Positions 33,274 to 44,512 of a stretch of DNA of 64,000 nucleotides are shown here, piece by piece (position 1 is the stretch's first letter; each line of letters opens with the position of its first letter). Under the pieces are notes generated by a model. The model was given only the letters and a program-made list of their open reading frames with translations, was not told the origin of the DNA and ran no database searches. The stretch is from NCBI GenBank assembly GCA_963848305.1, contig CAWKDC010000001.1, positions 672,001 to 736,000 on the forward strand, given 5' to 3'. The translations under genes and the position numbers were made by a program. The DNA is from an uncultured Gammaproteobacteria bacterium. Lineage in GTDB: Bacteria > Pseudomonadota > Gammaproteobacteria > JABCZS01.

Positions 33274-34378
33274 ATGCCCTATTTATCGAATTTTCATGTC
33301 ATACGGCCTGCATTTGAGTACGCGCAGGCCGATGCATTGGAGTGGATTGCGCGAGCCCATCAAATGTCTCAGGCCTATGACACGTCTGATGAAAATAATG
33401 AAATATTTTATGAGAAAATCGCAAGGCTCTTGATCAAAATCGGTATTGGCATGAAAAAAATTGAAAAGAGAAGCTCTGCAGTTCCAGATTACACGCACAC
33501 TGACTTTAACGCGATGACTATCTACGCTATCACGCTGGATAAAAAAGAAGGTCATGATTTAAAAACACGATCAGATTTTTTTGAACAATCTGCTGATAAT
33601 ACGTTTGAATCGTTTTATGACAGCTCGCCACTCCCCGACCATCTATTGCAAGTGACTTGCACAGGTTACACGTATCCCAGCGCCGCGCAAAAAATAGTCT
33701 CCCTAAAAAAAGCTTTTCAAACCACTATCACCAATGTCTATCACATGGGTTGTTATGCAGCGATTCCCGCTATTCGCCTTGCATCCGGGATGCTCAAAGA
33801 TCAACAAACTGCCGATATTGTGCATACAGAAATCTGTTCGTTGCACATGAATCCTGCTCTGCATGATCCCGAACAATTGGTAGTCCAAACATTGTTTGCA
33901 GATGGATTTATCAAATATACAGTCAGCAATATTCAGCAAAAGGGATTTGAAGTGCTATCAACCCACGAAGTGCTTATCCCTGAATCTATCGACTCCATGA
34001 GCTGGAAACAAGAAAGCTGGGGCATGAAAATGCACATTGCAAAATCGGTGCCATCATTGATACAACATCACGTTGCAGCATGTGTGAAAACACTCTTTGA
34101 AAAAGCGCAGATACCTTTTCAGGAAGCTTATTACGCCATTCACCCAGGCGGACACTAAAATCATCGAAGCCACTGCACAAACATTGGGACTAAAGGAATA
34201 TCAATTCCAACACAGCACGGATATTTTAAAACAATGCGGGAACATGTCTTCCGCGACACTGCCCCATATTTGGAACCATCTGTTGCATGATGATGCTGTT
34301 CAAGATGGTGCGGTGATACTGAGCCTGGCCTTTGGACCAGGGCTCACCGTTGCTGGGGCGGTCATGCGAAAGTGTTAG
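33274..34378 (+). CDS. Type III polyketide synthase (chalcone synthase-like); frameshift near 34152
   Basis: Catalytic triad motifs MGCYAA, HPGG and GNMSS; also VTCTG, LFADG, AFGPG. Confidence 0.9.
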
Positions 34379-35766
34379 CTGTACTTCCAGCGCGTTCCGC
34401 CACCAGGAATATCCTCGAGCAATATGCCTTTTCGGGCTAATTCCAAACGGATATCATCGGATTTATCGAAGTCTTTATGTTGACGCGCGTGTTCGCGCTT
34501 TTGAATGAGCGCCTCAATCTCTGCGATAGATAAGGAAGATTGTGCGGATTGGCCTTTTAAAAAGGTTTCGGGATCAGACTGCATGATCCCCAATATCCCC
34601 CCAAGCTGTATCAATGTGCCTGCCAATTGATCTGCCAGTTCGGTATCAATCGTTTTAGCTACGTTGATCTCACGAGCCAAATCAAATAAAACGGACATGG
34701 CTTCAGGTGTGTTGAAATCATCATCCATGGCATTCATAAACGATACTTTCGGCTCAGGTGCAATCGTGTGCTTGACTGGGTTTGTATCACGCAAGGCATT
34801 ATACAAACGCTCCAGTGAGGCTTTGGCTTTCTCCATGTTTTCGTCGGAATAACTGACATTGCTGCGATAGTGGCTCGATAATAAAAAAAATCGAACAACT
34901 TCGGGGTGATATTGCATTAAGACAGATTCAATGGTTAAAAAGTTTTTCAAGGATTTTGACATTTTTTCGTCATTGATATTCACAAAACCCACATGCATCC
35001 AAACATTGGCTAAAGGATGATGGTACGCTGCCTCTGATTGAGCGATTTCATTTTCATGATGCGGAAATTGCAAATCGTACCCGCCACCGTGGATATCCAG
35101 CGTATGCAGATCTTTCAACGCATGTTTTACCATTGCAGAGCATTCAATATGCCAGCCAGGACGACCTGGACCAAAAGGCGATGGCCAACTGATTTCGTTG
35201 TTTTTCGCGCTTTTCCACAACACAAAATCCATGGGCTCGCGTTTCGCGGTATTTACTTCCACACGTTCTCCCGCGCGCATATCTTCTAAATGACGGTGTG
35301 ATAATTTGCCATAATCTGGAAATGACTTCACTGAATAAAATACATCACCATTTGTGCCAATATACGCGACACCCTGATCAACCAATCGCGTGATCAAAGC
35401 CAGCATGTCTGAAATATGATCAGTGGCACAAGGTTCTGCTGTTGGAGACAATGTATTCAATAAATACAAATCGTCGTGCATTTTATCAGTAAAACGTTTT
35501 GTCAAGGCATCGATGGTCTCATTGTTTTCAGCCGCGCGCGCGATGATTTTATCGTCAATGTCTGTGATGTTTCGAATATAATTGACTTGATAGCCCAAAA
35601 AAGTTAAATAACGATAAACCATGTCAAAGGCGACTGCTGTTCGCGCATGACCAATATGGCAAATATCATACACCGTCATGCCACACACATACATATTCAC
35701 TGTGTTATCGTTCAGCGGTTTGAATAATGCTTTTTCACGTGTGAGTGTATTGTATATTTTAAGCAT
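34375..35766 (-). CDS. cysS: Cysteinyl-tRNA synthetase
   Basis: YVCGMTVY, HIGH, GWHIECSAM, KMSKS. Confidence 0.97.
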   Translation of the reverse strand: MLKIYNTLTREKALFKPLNDNTVNMYVCGMTVYDICHIGHARTAVAFDMVYRYLTFLGYQVNYIRNITDIDDKIIARAAENNETIDALTKRFTDKMHDDLYLLNTLSPTAEPCATDHISDMLALITRLVDQGVAYIGTNGDVFYSVKSFPDYGKLSHRHLEDMRAGERVEVNTAKREPMDFVLWKSAKNNEISWPSPFGPGRPGWHIECSAMVKHALKDLHTLDIHGGGYDLQFPHHENEIAQSEAAYHHPLANVWMHVGFVNINDEKMSKSLKNFLTIESVLMQYHPEVVRFFLLSSHYRSNVSYSDENMEKAKASLERLYNALRDTNPVKHTIAPEPKVSFMNAMDDDFNTPEAMSVLFDLAREINVAKTIDTELADQLAGTLIQLGGILGIMQSDPETFLKGQSAQSSLSIAEIEALIQKREHARQHKDFDKSDDIRLELARKGILLEDIPGGGTRWKYS

Positions 35767-35793
35767 GATGCGCTCCTATATAGCTATTCCCCG

Positions 35794-37230
35794 TTACAAT
35801 ATATCACCCTTTGAACCCTTATATCTTTTAGCATCGTTCAGTCTTTTTTGAATGATATCCACATCACCCAATAACATCACCCATTTATCCATTTCCGGAC
35901 CATGCAATGTAGACATTAAAGCAATGCGCAAAGGCTGAAATAAAGCCTTGCCTTTTACCTGCGCATGTTCCTTCAAATAAGCGAGCCATGCTTGATAATC
36001 GAGCCCATGTTGTTCAAGCGCCGCGATCGCATGATCGAAAAAGGATGCAGGCGTTGCTTTCAAAATGGCTTGACATTCTTCATTCATCAACGTTAATGTG
36101 GATTCGCTGAAAGCACGTTCTGCCCATAATACCGCATCGTGCGGGAAAGTGACGTTCGGCGTGACAGTATCAATGAATAAATCTTGTTGATCATCCGGCA
36201 CGAGTGCATGAACAGCATCGCCCATCCAGGCAAATACCTCAGCAGGCGTTTTGAATTTGAACACTTCTTTTTGCCAAAATAATAATTGATTTTCATCGTA
36301 ACGAGCGGGAGATCGACCCAGCTGATCAATTTCAAAAAATTTGCCTAAATCTTCAATGCTCATCAATTCATTCTGTGGATAATAATGTCCCAGTCTCGCG
36401 AGATAATTCACGACGGCTTCAGGCCAATATCCTTTGAAGCGCATCTCACGAATACTTTGACTGCCATTACGTTTTGACAAGGGAGCCCCATCGGTTCCAT
36501 TGATCAAAGCAAAATGACCGTATTGTGGCGCCTTCATGCCGAGTGCCTGCAAAATCATTAATTGACGAGGCGTGTTGGTGAGGTGATCTTCTCCCCGAAA
36601 GGCATGGGTCACGCCCATCACGGAATCGTCGATCGCATTACAAAACATAAATGACGAACCACCATCCGCTCGACGAATGATGAAATCACCGATGTCGTCT
36701 GTGGCAAAAGTTTTTTCACCTTGCACCAAATCATTGAAGACAACATGGGTTGCACGTGGAATGCGAAAACGCAACACAGCTTTCTGCCCTTGAGCATATT
36801 TTTGTGCGACTTCTTCTTTCGTTAAGCGTGAACAGCGGCCATCATACCGAGGGGGTTGACCTGCGATCCGTTGCATTTTGCGACTGATTTTCAATTGTTC
36901 TTCTGTGCAAAAACAAGGATAGGCTAAATCCATGTCCAATAGTTTTTGATAATACAACTCATAGACTGTCTGACGCTCAGACTGGCGATAGGGTGCATGG
37001 GTGCCGTTGCACCCCTCGCCCTCTTGCCAATCTAACCCAAGCCAGCGCAGATCTTCCATCAAATAATGGATAAATTCTTCTTCAGAACGCATTTCGTCAG
37101 TGTCTTCAATCCGCAACAAAAAGATTCCTCTTTGATGCCGCGCAATCATCGCATTGAACAACGCCGTCCGCATGTTCCCCAAATGAATAAACCCAGTTGG
37201 ACTGGGCGCAAATCGTGTTTTAACTGTCAT
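35794..37230 (-). CDS. gltX: Glutamyl-tRNA synthetase
   Basis: TRFAPSPTG, HLGN, RIEDTD, RGEDH, PLSKR. Confidence 0.93.
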   Translation of the reverse strand: MTVKTRFAPSPTGFIHLGNMRTALFNAMIARHQRGIFLLRIEDTDEMRSEEEFIHYLMEDLRWLGLDWQEGEGCNGTHAPYRQSERQTVYELYYQKLLDMDLAYPCFCTEEQLKISRKMQRIAGQPPRYDGRCSRLTKEEVAQKYAQGQKAVLRFRIPRATHVVFNDLVQGEKTFATDDIGDFIIRRADGGSSFMFCNAIDDSVMGVTHAFRGEDHLTNTPRQLMILQALGMKAPQYGHFALINGTDGAPLSKRNGSQSIREMRFKGYWPEAVVNYLARLGHYYPQNELMSIEDLGKFFEIDQLGRSPARYDENQLLFWQKEVFKFKTPAEVFAWMGDAVHALVPDDQQDLFIDTVTPNVTFPHDAVLWAERAFSESTLTLMNEECQAILKATPASFFDHAIAALEQHGLDYQAWLAYLKEHAQVKGKALFQPLRIALMSTLHGPEMDKWVMLLGDVDIIQKRLNDAKRYKGSKGDIL

Positions 37231-37298
37231 CTGAAAACCCTTTTTTAGCCACCAGGCATTTTAGCACAGCGCAACGCCAATCTGCTAAACTTAACCCC

Positions 37299-38015
37299 AT
37301 GATCACCCAACCTATTTATATCATTTCTGACCTCCATTTGGGGGATACTCATCCCGGCACGCTCGAAGCCTTTGAGCGATTTATCGACATCAAAGCCCGT
37401 AACGCCCACGCACTCTATATTCTGGGCGACTTGTTTGAAGCCTGGGTTGGTGATGATGATCACAGCGAAACAGCCCGGCGCGTCTCTGAGCGCTTGAAGC
37501 ACCTCACTGAACAAGGTGTACCCATTTATTATATGCATGGCAATCGTGATTTCCTGATAGGGAAAAACTTTTTAAATCAATCTGCTATGCAATTTCTACC
37601 TGATCCAAGTTTGGTCAGTTTTGATGGGCACCCCCTTCTCATGACCCACGGCGATTTGCTGTGCACCCAGGATACAGGGTATCAGCGTTATCGCCGTTTT
37701 GTGCATCATCCCTGGGTACAAAAGCTTTTCCTCGCCCTGCCCCGGTTCATGCGCGATTATCTTGGGGATAAGCTACGCGCAACCTCTCAGATGCAAGGAA
37801 GCCGCAAATCCATGGATATGATGGATGTGGATGAACAAACTGTTCAGGTTTGGCTGAAACGATATAAGGCTGATGTCGTCGTTCATGGTCACACCCACAA
37901 GCCTTTTGAGCATGTCAAACCCGGTTACACCCGCTTTGTGCTGGGAGCCTGGGATGAAGCCCCCCCAAAAATCCTCTCATATCATCGCGGAAAGTTCACT
38001 CTGATGGATATTTAA
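37299..38015 (+). CDS. lpxH: UDP-2,3-diacylglucosamine diphosphatase
   Basis: SDLHL, GDLFE, GNRDF, HGD, HGHTH. Confidence 0.92.
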   Translation: MITQPIYIISDLHLGDTHPGTLEAFERFIDIKARNAHALYILGDLFEAWVGDDDHSETARRVSERLKHLTEQGVPIYYMHGNRDFLIGKNFLNQSAMQFLPDPSLVSFDGHPLLMTHGDLLCTQDTGYQRYRRFVHHPWVQKLFLALPRFMRDYLGDKLRATSQMQGSRKSMDMMDVDEQTVQVWLKRYKADVVVHGHTHKPFEHVKPGYTRFVLGAWDEAPPKILSYHRGKFTLMDI

Positions 38016-38117
38016 GCTTGATTTGTCACCGGCCAATACCACGCTTATCTAAACTTTAATCCTTCAGGAGACAAGACCATGACATTCTTCTGCGCCCTGG
38101 GATTTGTTTTATGGATA

Positions 38118-38237
38118 AATCCTACCATCATGGGATTTATGTTTATTTCCAGTGCATTTTATATAATAATCCTATAGATGCAGGATTAATGTTGATATTC
38201 ATTCAAAAATCATCTATAATCCTGTGACTATAGGATT
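38118..38237. promoter_or_regulatory. Three palindromic operators AATCC-N10-GGATT upstream of hipBA
   Basis: Copies start at 38118, 38168 and 38218; similar to E. coli HipB operators (TATCC-N8-GGATA). Confidence 0.75.
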
Positions 38238-38252
38238 ATACGGGCAACCGCC

Positions 38253-38531
38253 ATGGCTAATAAAGTTAAAAAAATTGACACACCTCATACAACAAAACCT
38301 CTCACCGCTGCATTATTGGGTGGGTACGTGCGTGCACGCAGAACACAACTAGGGCTCACCATCGAAGAAGCTGCAGCGTTGTCAGGGGTTGCCAAAGATA
38401 CGCTAATGAAACTAGAGCACGGACGCCACACCATACAGCTGGGTTCCGCGCTGGCAATTTGTCACGCACTGGGGGTAGAAATCAATGTTGTTTCATGGGA
38501 AGGTCACAATGAACAAGATGTCTGGGTTTAA
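38253..38531 (+). CDS. hipB: HipB-like Xre-HTH antitoxin
   Basis: RARRTQLGLTIEEAAALSGV...LEHG HTH, Trp near the C-terminus, overlaps hipA. Confidence 0.85.
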   Translation: MANKVKKIDTPHTTKPLTAALLGGYVRARRTQLGLTIEEAAALSGVAKDTLMKLEHGRHTIQLGSALAICHALGVEINVVSWEGHNEQDVWV

Positions 38532-39819
38532 ACATCAACTCAAAGCCTACTTGGGGCAAACCTTTATTGCCACCCTTACGTTATTGGAAAACAATCAACT
38601 AGAATTTACTTATCAACCTATGTGGGAAGAACAGGGTTATGCCCTATCCCCCCATTTGCCTCTCGACAACAGTGCAGCAAATGATCAATTTCGGATCAAA
38701 GTTTTTTTTCAAAATTTATTTCCGGAAGGCGAAAATTTAGAGATTTTTCTCAAAACATTCCACCTCAGCCAATATAATCTTTTTGCAATCACAATGACAC
38801 TAGGATTAGATTTACCTGGCGCATTGCAGTTGATTTTAACCACGGATACATTGCCTGACACCGGTTCATTTCGTGAAATCCATGAATCTGAAATCGTCGA
38901 ACGACTGAAACATTACAATGCACATAACCTCGTGATATGGGACGGCAAACCCCGGTTATCTTTGGCAGGTGTGCACCAAAAAATCAACGTTCTTCTCAAT
39001 CAGGACGGCGTATTAGGATTTGGCGAAGGCAGCCTATGTTCTACTCATATTTTAAAATTTGATCGCTCCCCTGATAAGAATATTGTACTAAATGAGTTTC
39101 TCATGATGAGACTGGCAAAATATGTTGGGCTTAATGTTGCAGATGTCTCAGTTCGTTATTTTGATGAATTTAACACTTTACTGATCAAACGATTTGACCG
39201 CCAATTGCGTGATAATCGCATCTGGAGACGACATATGATTGATGGTTGTCAGGCGTTAAATTTGATGCCTGAATATAAATATGAACGTCATCTTGGTAGT
39301 GGTCGTGATGTAAAGCATTTGCGTGAAGGCGCAAGCCTCCAGTCGTTATTTGAATTTTGTGAGTTGTGCAGAAATCCTGCCTTGGCTAAAAAGCAATGCA
39401 TCGAATGGACTTTATTTAATCTGATTATTGGGAACACCGATGCACATGGGAAAAACATCAGTTTCTTTGTCTCTGCGGCCGGCATAGAACCTGCACCCAT
39501 TTACGATTTAATATCGATTCGAATGTATCCTGAATTTTCACAAGAATTAGCAATGGCCATTGGGGATCAATTTGATTCAACAGCCATCTACGCTTATCAA
39601 CTGGCCGATTTTGCAGATACATGTGGGATCCCTCGTGATTTTGTTACAAAAACATTATTAGATTTGTGCGGAAAAATATCCACAGCACTTTCTGGGCTTC
39701 AATCATATGTGAGAAATGAGAAAGAAAAGCATTTTCTCAAAGAATTGACTGAACAGATTCGCGCGCAGATTGCACATTTTGAAACCCAGGCAGACTTGAT
39801 ATCATCAATGATTGTTTAG
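38509..39819 (+). CDS. hipA: HipA family Ser/Thr kinase toxin
   Basis: SLAGVHQK, THILK, RFDR, GNTDAHGKNIS, APIYDL. Confidence 0.93.
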   Translation: MNKMSGFKHQLKAYLGQTFIATLTLLENNQLEFTYQPMWEEQGYALSPHLPLDNSAANDQFRIKVFFQNLFPEGENLEIFLKTFHLSQYNLFAITMTLGLDLPGALQLILTTDTLPDTGSFREIHESEIVERLKHYNAHNLVIWDGKPRLSLAGVHQKINVLLNQDGVLGFGEGSLCSTHILKFDRSPDKNIVLNEFLMMRLAKYVGLNVADVSVRYFDEFNTLLIKRFDRQLRDNRIWRRHMIDGCQALNLMPEYKYERHLGSGRDVKHLREGASLQSLFEFCELCRNPALAKKQCIEWTLFNLIIGNTDAHGKNISFFVSAAGIEPAPIYDLISIRMYPEFSQELAMAIGDQFDSTAIYAYQLADFADTCGIPRDFVTKTLLDLCGKISTALSGLQSYVRNEKEKHFLKELTEQIRAQIAHFETQADLISSMIV

Positions 39820-39889
39820 TGGAACAATCCGGTTAGCCCAGCTATAATCGATCGAGTATCATTCCCTTACCTTTCTCGGAGAAAACACG

Positions 39890-40337
39890 ATGAACATCAT
39901 AAAAACATTAACAACAACCGCCGTAATGGTTAGCTTAATGATGAATGTGAGCACTGTGGCAAATGCGACCCCAAGCGTAGCAACAGCACAAGAAATCACC
40001 GCTGCAGGCACGGCCCTTCAGCAAAGCCACTTGGACACAACTGAACGCCCTTTTACCCGTTGTCCAAGCACGGGTAGAGACTATCCTCAAAGGTACCGCT
40101 ACGGGTGCAATATGCCAAGGGAAAACACCCGCTGAGTGTGTGACAGCTTGTAGCACCAACTATCCGCTGTACTCCTCCTCTACTGGAGCCCCCACTGCCG
40201 CAGAAATGCAGGAAGCGCTACTCATCGCCCTTAACGATAATATCTTAAGTGGCATCCCCTTGCAAAACCTTAACACGTGCTGTAAAGCCGCCAACGGCGG
40301 TACAGCTTGCTCGACACCTGCTGTCTCTACTCAATAA
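39890..40337 (+). CDS. Hypothetical secreted protein with 6 Cys, about 148 aa; frameshift near 40014
   Basis: Signal peptide ending ANA. Correcting ggccc at 40012-40016 gives ...AGTAFSKATWTQLNALLPVVQARVETILKG...ICQGKTPAECVTAC...CC...C. Confidence 0.65.
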
Positions 40338-40350
40338 TCCGACGTATGAA

Positions 40351-40389
40351 TGTAGGAACGCCCCTGTTTTGCAGGGGCGCACTCCTTGC
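40351..40389 (+). repeat. GTAG-type REP hairpin
   Basis: TGTAGGAACGCCCCTGTTTTGCAGGGGCGCACTCCTTGC. Confidence 0.6.
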
Positions 40390-41069
40390 TAAAGGTGTGT
40401 ATCGAACACCCTGTCTAACCACTTAAACGTCGAGGCATAATTGCCTTTCAGTTTGCCGTGGTGCGCGGTGTGATGTTCTGAAGAACCCAGATGCTTCAAG
40501 CGATGCGCAATTCTCGACGGCATGCCTGAATGAATATGGATTTCATTGAAAGGACGGAACAAGGCATAGGCAAATAAGGCATAAGCATTCACCGAACCGC
40601 AATATAAATAAATGAAAAATACAGCCAATGCAATACCGATTGTCCCCATCATCCATTCTGCGGGATGCACATACAAATAATCCAGCGGCAAAGGCGAACG
40701 AACACGATGATGGATGGAATGGATGCGTTTAAACAACACAGGATTATGGTGCAACAACCGGTGACAACCGTAAAACCACAGATCATCTATGCCCATGATG
40801 AATAGCAATTGCACCAGCACTACCCACCAAGGGAAATCAGTTGACAAGGAAAATATAAAGCCGAACACCCCAAAAGCAAACACCGCCATGATACAAGTGC
40901 CAATGAAATTGGCATAAATCAGTGGGCGGCGTTTATCAAAATGATCCATATTAGGATGTAGGGAGAGGCGGCGAGCAAACACGGTTTCAGAACCCAATTG
41001 ATGCGCGGTCAATAGCCACGCATATGCGAAGGCGATTGTGTTGATGATGACCAAGATGAGTGCTAGCAC
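40389..41069 (-). CDS. Sterol desaturase / fatty-acid hydroxylase family protein (start uncertain)
   Basis: His boxes HRLLHH, HSIHH, HIHSG, HHTAHH; GNYAS...DRVF. Confidence 0.85.
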   Translation of the reverse strand: MLALILVIINTIAFAYAWLLTAHQLGSETVFARRLSLHPNMDHFDKRRPLIYANFIGTCIMAVFAFGVFGFIFSLSTDFPWWVVLVQLLFIMGIDDLWFYGCHRLLHHNPVLFKRIHSIHHRVRSPLPLDYLYVHPAEWMMGTIGIALAVFFIYLYCGSVNAYALFAYALFRPFNEIHIHSGMPSRIAHRLKHLGSSEHHTAHHGKLKGNYASTFKWLDRVFDTHL

Positions 41070-41119
41070 AGTAAATTCCCTTTCAATTTTGCTGATGAGC
41101 ATACGCGCCTTCGGCGCAT

Positions 41120-41163
41120 GGGCGCAAAGGAGTTTATCCCCGCGAAAGCGGGGACGTCCTACA
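41120..41163 (-). repeat. GTAG-type REP hairpin
   Basis: TGTAGGACGTCCCCGCTTTCGCGGGGATAAACTCCTTTGCGCCC; related to the copies at 40351 and 43269. Confidence 0.65.
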
Positions 41164-41190
41164 AGGCGGCGCAGCATCCTTGCTGTGGAC

Positions 41191-42057
41191 CTACAACACA
41201 CCCATCAAGCGCTTTGCAATCTCTGCCGGTGAACGAACCGTTAACACCCCAGCGCGTTCCAAAGCCGCGTATTTCTCTTCCGCTGTGCCTTTGCCGCCCG
41301 AAATAATCGCGCCAGCATGACCCATGCGTTTCCCCTTTGGTGCTGTCACACCCGCGATGTAGCCCACCACTGGCTTCGTGACATACCCATGGATAAACTC
41401 AGCTGCCTCTTCTTCAGCCGTTCCTCCAATTTCACCTACCATAATAATAGCTTCTGTTTTGGGATCGTCCTGGAATAATCGCAAAATATCGATAAAGCTG
41501 GAACCTGGAATAGGATCTCCACCGATACCCACGCAGGTGCTTTGGCCCAACTTCAACTCAGTCGTTTGCTTGACACATTCATACGTCAGCGTGCCTGAAC
41601 GGGAAACGATACCAATTTTACCTGGCAAGTGGATATGACCCGGCATGATACCGATTTTGCATTCCCCAGGGGTGATCACACCCGGACAATTTGGACCAAT
41701 TAAACGGGCGCCACATGCATCCACATAAGGTTTGACCACCATCATGTCCATGGTAGGAACCCCTTCGGTGATACAGACAATCAATTTGATGCCCGCATCC
41801 GCAGCTTCAATGATCGAATCCTTGCAGAAAGGCGCAGGAACATAAATCACGCTGGCATCAGCCTGCGTGGCTTCAACAGCTTCGCGCACCGTATTAAACA
41901 CGGGCAAGCCCAAATGCTGCTGCCCACCCTTACCTGGCGTCACACCACCAACCATTTTGGTTCCATACGCCAATGCTTGTTCTGTATGGAATGTGCCTTG
42001 TTTCCCAGTGAAGCCTTGGCAAATCACTTTGGTGTCTTTATTAATCAAAATACTCAT
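41191..42057 (-). CDS. sucD: Succinyl-CoA synthetase alpha subunit
   Basis: [20 protein letters not shown]. Confidence 0.97.
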   Translation of the reverse strand: MSILINKDTKVICQGFTGKQGTFHTEQALAYGTKMVGGVTPGKGGQQHLGLPVFNTVREAVEATQADASVIYVPAPFCKDSIIEAADAGIKLIVCITEGVPTMDMMVVKPYVDACGARLIGPNCPGVITPGECKIGIMPGHIHLPGKIGIVSRSGTLTYECVKQTTELKLGQSTCVGIGGDPIPGSSFIDILRLFQDDPKTEAIIMVGEIGGTAEEEAAEFIHGYVTKPVVGYIAGVTAPKGKRMGHAGAIISGGKGTAEEKYAALERAGVLTVRSPAEIAKRLMGVL

Positions 42058-43223
42058 TTCACTGCCCTCACTGCATCCACGATTTTTTGCGCCGCATCAC
42101 TCAAACCATGCGCTGGCACAATATTCAACCCGCTGTTCGCCAATAATTGCGCACCTTCATCCGCACGGTTTCCTTCCAAACGAACCACCACAGGCACGGT
42201 CACTGAAACGGCTTTCACCGCCGAAATGATCCCTTCTGCAATCATGTCGCACCGCACGATACCGCCGAAAATATTCACGAGAATACCTTTGACAGAAGCA
42301 TCCGACAAAATGATTTTGAAGGCCTCACGTACACGTTCTTCCGTTGCGCCACCGCCGACATCCAAAAAGTTTGCAGGATCGCCACCGTGCAATTTGATGA
42401 TGTCCATTGTCGCCATCGCTAAACCTGCGCCATTCACCATACAACCAATGTTGCCATCGAGAGGAATGTAATTCAAATCCCACTCGTGTGCTTTGTTCAC
42501 ACGTTCATCTTCTTGCGAAGGATCGCGCATTGCAACCAATTCAGGTTGACGAAAACCTGCATTGTCATCCATCGTGACTTTTGCATCGAGACACAATAAA
42601 TTGCCGTCAGTTTTGATGACCAACGGATTGATCTCCAATACACTCAGATCACGCTCCACCATCATTTTACCCAAACCCATATAGAGCTGAACAAACTGTT
42701 TGGATTGGACATCGTTGAGTTTTAATTTAAAAGCTAAATCGCGAGCTTGATAAGGCAGCACGCCGATGTAGGGGTCGACTGCGACGCGATGAATTTTTTC
42801 AGGCGTATCATGTGCAACGGCCTCGATGTCTACACCCCCTTCTGTGGATGCCATGAAAACCACGCAGCCTAAACTTCTGTCAACCAGTGCGCTCAGATAT
42901 AATTCTTTCTCGATATCACAAGGCGTTTCGATCAATACTTGATTAACAGGCTGACCATTTTTATCCGTTTGATAAGTGACCAGGTGCGTGCCCAGTATAT
43001 CGTGTACAAATTTTTCAGCTTGGTCTGGATCGCTGAACAATTTCACACCACCTGCCTTACCGCGGCCACCCGCATGCACTTGCGCTTTGCAAACCCAGCG
43101 ATCACCGCCCAACATTTGCATCGCTCTTTTAGCATCGCTTCCACTGGTGACCACTTGGCCTTTTGACACAGGCAAACCATATTCAGCGAACAGCTGTTTG
43201 GCCTGGTATTCGTGTAGATTCAT
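42054..43223 (-). CDS. sucC: Succinyl-CoA synthetase beta subunit
   Basis: [27 protein letters not shown]. Confidence 0.97.
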   Translation of the reverse strand: MNLHEYQAKQLFAEYGLPVSKGQVVTSGSDAKRAMQMLGGDRWVCKAQVHAGGRGKAGGVKLFSDPDQAEKFVHDILGTHLVTYQTDKNGQPVNQVLIETPCDIEKELYLSALVDRSLGCVVFMASTEGGVDIEAVAHDTPEKIHRVAVDPYIGVLPYQARDLAFKLKLNDVQSKQFVQLYMGLGKMMVERDLSVLEINPLVIKTDGNLLCLDAKVTMDDNAGFRQPELVAMRDPSQEDERVNKAHEWDLNYIPLDGNIGCMVNGAGLAMATMDIIKLHGGDPANFLDVGGGATEERVREAFKIILSDASVKGILVNIFGGIVRCDMIAEGIISAVKAVSVTVPVVVRLEGNRADEGAQLLANSGLNIVPAHGLSDAAQKIVDAVRAVK

Positions 43224-43268
43224 CTTTGACTCCCATTTAATATACTATAAACAACCCCCGTCATTTGA

Positions 43269-43313
43269 GGGCGCAAGGGAGTTTACCCCCCGCGAAAGCG
43301 GGGGCACCCCCAC
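43269..43313 (-). repeat. REP-like hairpin in the sucB-sucC spacer
   Basis: GTGGGGGTGCCCCCGCTTTCGCGGGGGGTAAACTCCCTTGCGCCC, a variant of the 41120 copy. Confidence 0.6.
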
Positions 43314-43324
43314 GAATAACACTC

Positions 43325-44512
43325 TTACAAATCCAGCAATAAGCGTGCGGGATCTTCTAAAATATCTTTGATCGTTTTCAAGAATGACACGGATTCCTTG
43401 CCATCGATAATGCGATGATCATACGACATCGCAAGATACATCATGGGGCGTATCACAATTTGGCCATTCTCAACCACAGGACGATCTTCAATTTTGTGCA
43501 TGCCCAAAATAGCGCTTTGTGGAGGATTAATAATGGGCGTTGATAACAACGAACCAAACACGCCACCATTTGACACAGTGAATGTACCCCCCGACATGTC
43601 TTCAACCGATAATTTATTGTCACGCGCTTTCTTGGAATAGCCCATGATAGCACTTTCAATTTGCGCCAAATTCATGTTGTTCACATCACGGATGATCGGC
43701 ACAACCAAACCACGTTCAGTCGAGACAGCGACACCAATATCAAAATAGTTGTGATAAATCACGTCATTGCCATCAATGCTTGCATTGACGGAGGGAAAAC
43801 GTTTCAGTGCTTCCACAGCTGCTTTCACAAAAAATGACATGAAACCCAATTTTACGCCATGTTTTTCGAAGAAATCATCTTTATATTTTGCCCTGATATC
43901 GCTCACCGCTTTCAAGTTCACTTCATTGAACGTGGTTAAAATCGCTGCATTGTGTTGCGCACTCATGAGACGCTCTGCGATGCGTTGACGCAAACGAGTC
44001 ATCGGGACACGTTCCTCCATGCGCTCGCCCACAGCTTGAACAAATGGAGCCGCAGGCGCACGAGGGGCGGAAACTGGTGTCGCAGCTGGCGTGCCAATCT
44101 TTTGCAGTATATCCGCCGTGGTCACACGTCCGCCTTTGCCCGTACCAGACACCGAGCTGGTATCTACGCCGTGCTCTGCAGCCGTGCGTCTCGCAGCAGG
44201 CCCTGCCACAGCCGCAGATGTTTGTGCAGGGGCAGAAGCCACAGGAGCCGAAGCAGCTGGCGCTGCAGCAGCACCTTCTTCAAATAAAGCAATGACTTCT
44301 TCTGCTTTCACAACGCTGCCAGCAGGTTTGAGGATTTGTTTCAACACGCCGTCATGTGGGGCAGGTACTTCTAACATGACTTTGTCTGTCTCAATGTCCA
44401 CGATATTTTCATCGCGTTTGACAAAATCACCTACTTTTTTATGCCACGTGGACACCGTCGCATCAGCCACGGATTCAGGCAAAACGGGTACTTTCACTTC
44501 AATAGTCGTCAT
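43325..44512 (-). CDS. sucB: 2-oxoglutarate dehydrogenase E2
   Basis: Lipoyl motif [13 protein letters not shown]. Confidence 0.97.
   Translation of the reverse strand: MTTIEVKVPVLPESVADATVSTWHKKVGDFVKRDENIVDIETDKVMLEVPAPHDGVLKQILKPAGSVVKAEEVIALFEEGAAAAPAASAPVASAPAQTSAAVAGPAARRTAAEHGVDTSSVSGTGKGGRVTTADILQKIGTPAATPVSAPRAPAAPFVQAVGERMEERVPMTRLRQRIAERLMSAQHNAAILTTFNEVNLKAVSDIRAKYKDDFFEKHGVKLGFMSFFVKAAVEALKRFPSVNASIDGNDVIYHNYFDIGVAVSTERGLVVPIIRDVNNMNLAQIESAIMGYSKKARDNKLSVEDMSGGTFTVSNGGVFGSLLSTPIINPPQSAILGMHKIEDRPVVENGQIVIRPMMYLAMSYDHRIIDGKESVSFLKTIKDILEDPARLLLDL

Noticed and set aside
38118-38237. Mini-CRISPR with a 50-bp period
   Set aside because: Only the 5-7 bp palindrome arms are conserved, and the position in the hipBA promoter fits operators.
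41070-41201. N-terminal extension of the desaturase ORF
   Set aside because: It runs through a REP hairpin and overlaps the end of sucD.
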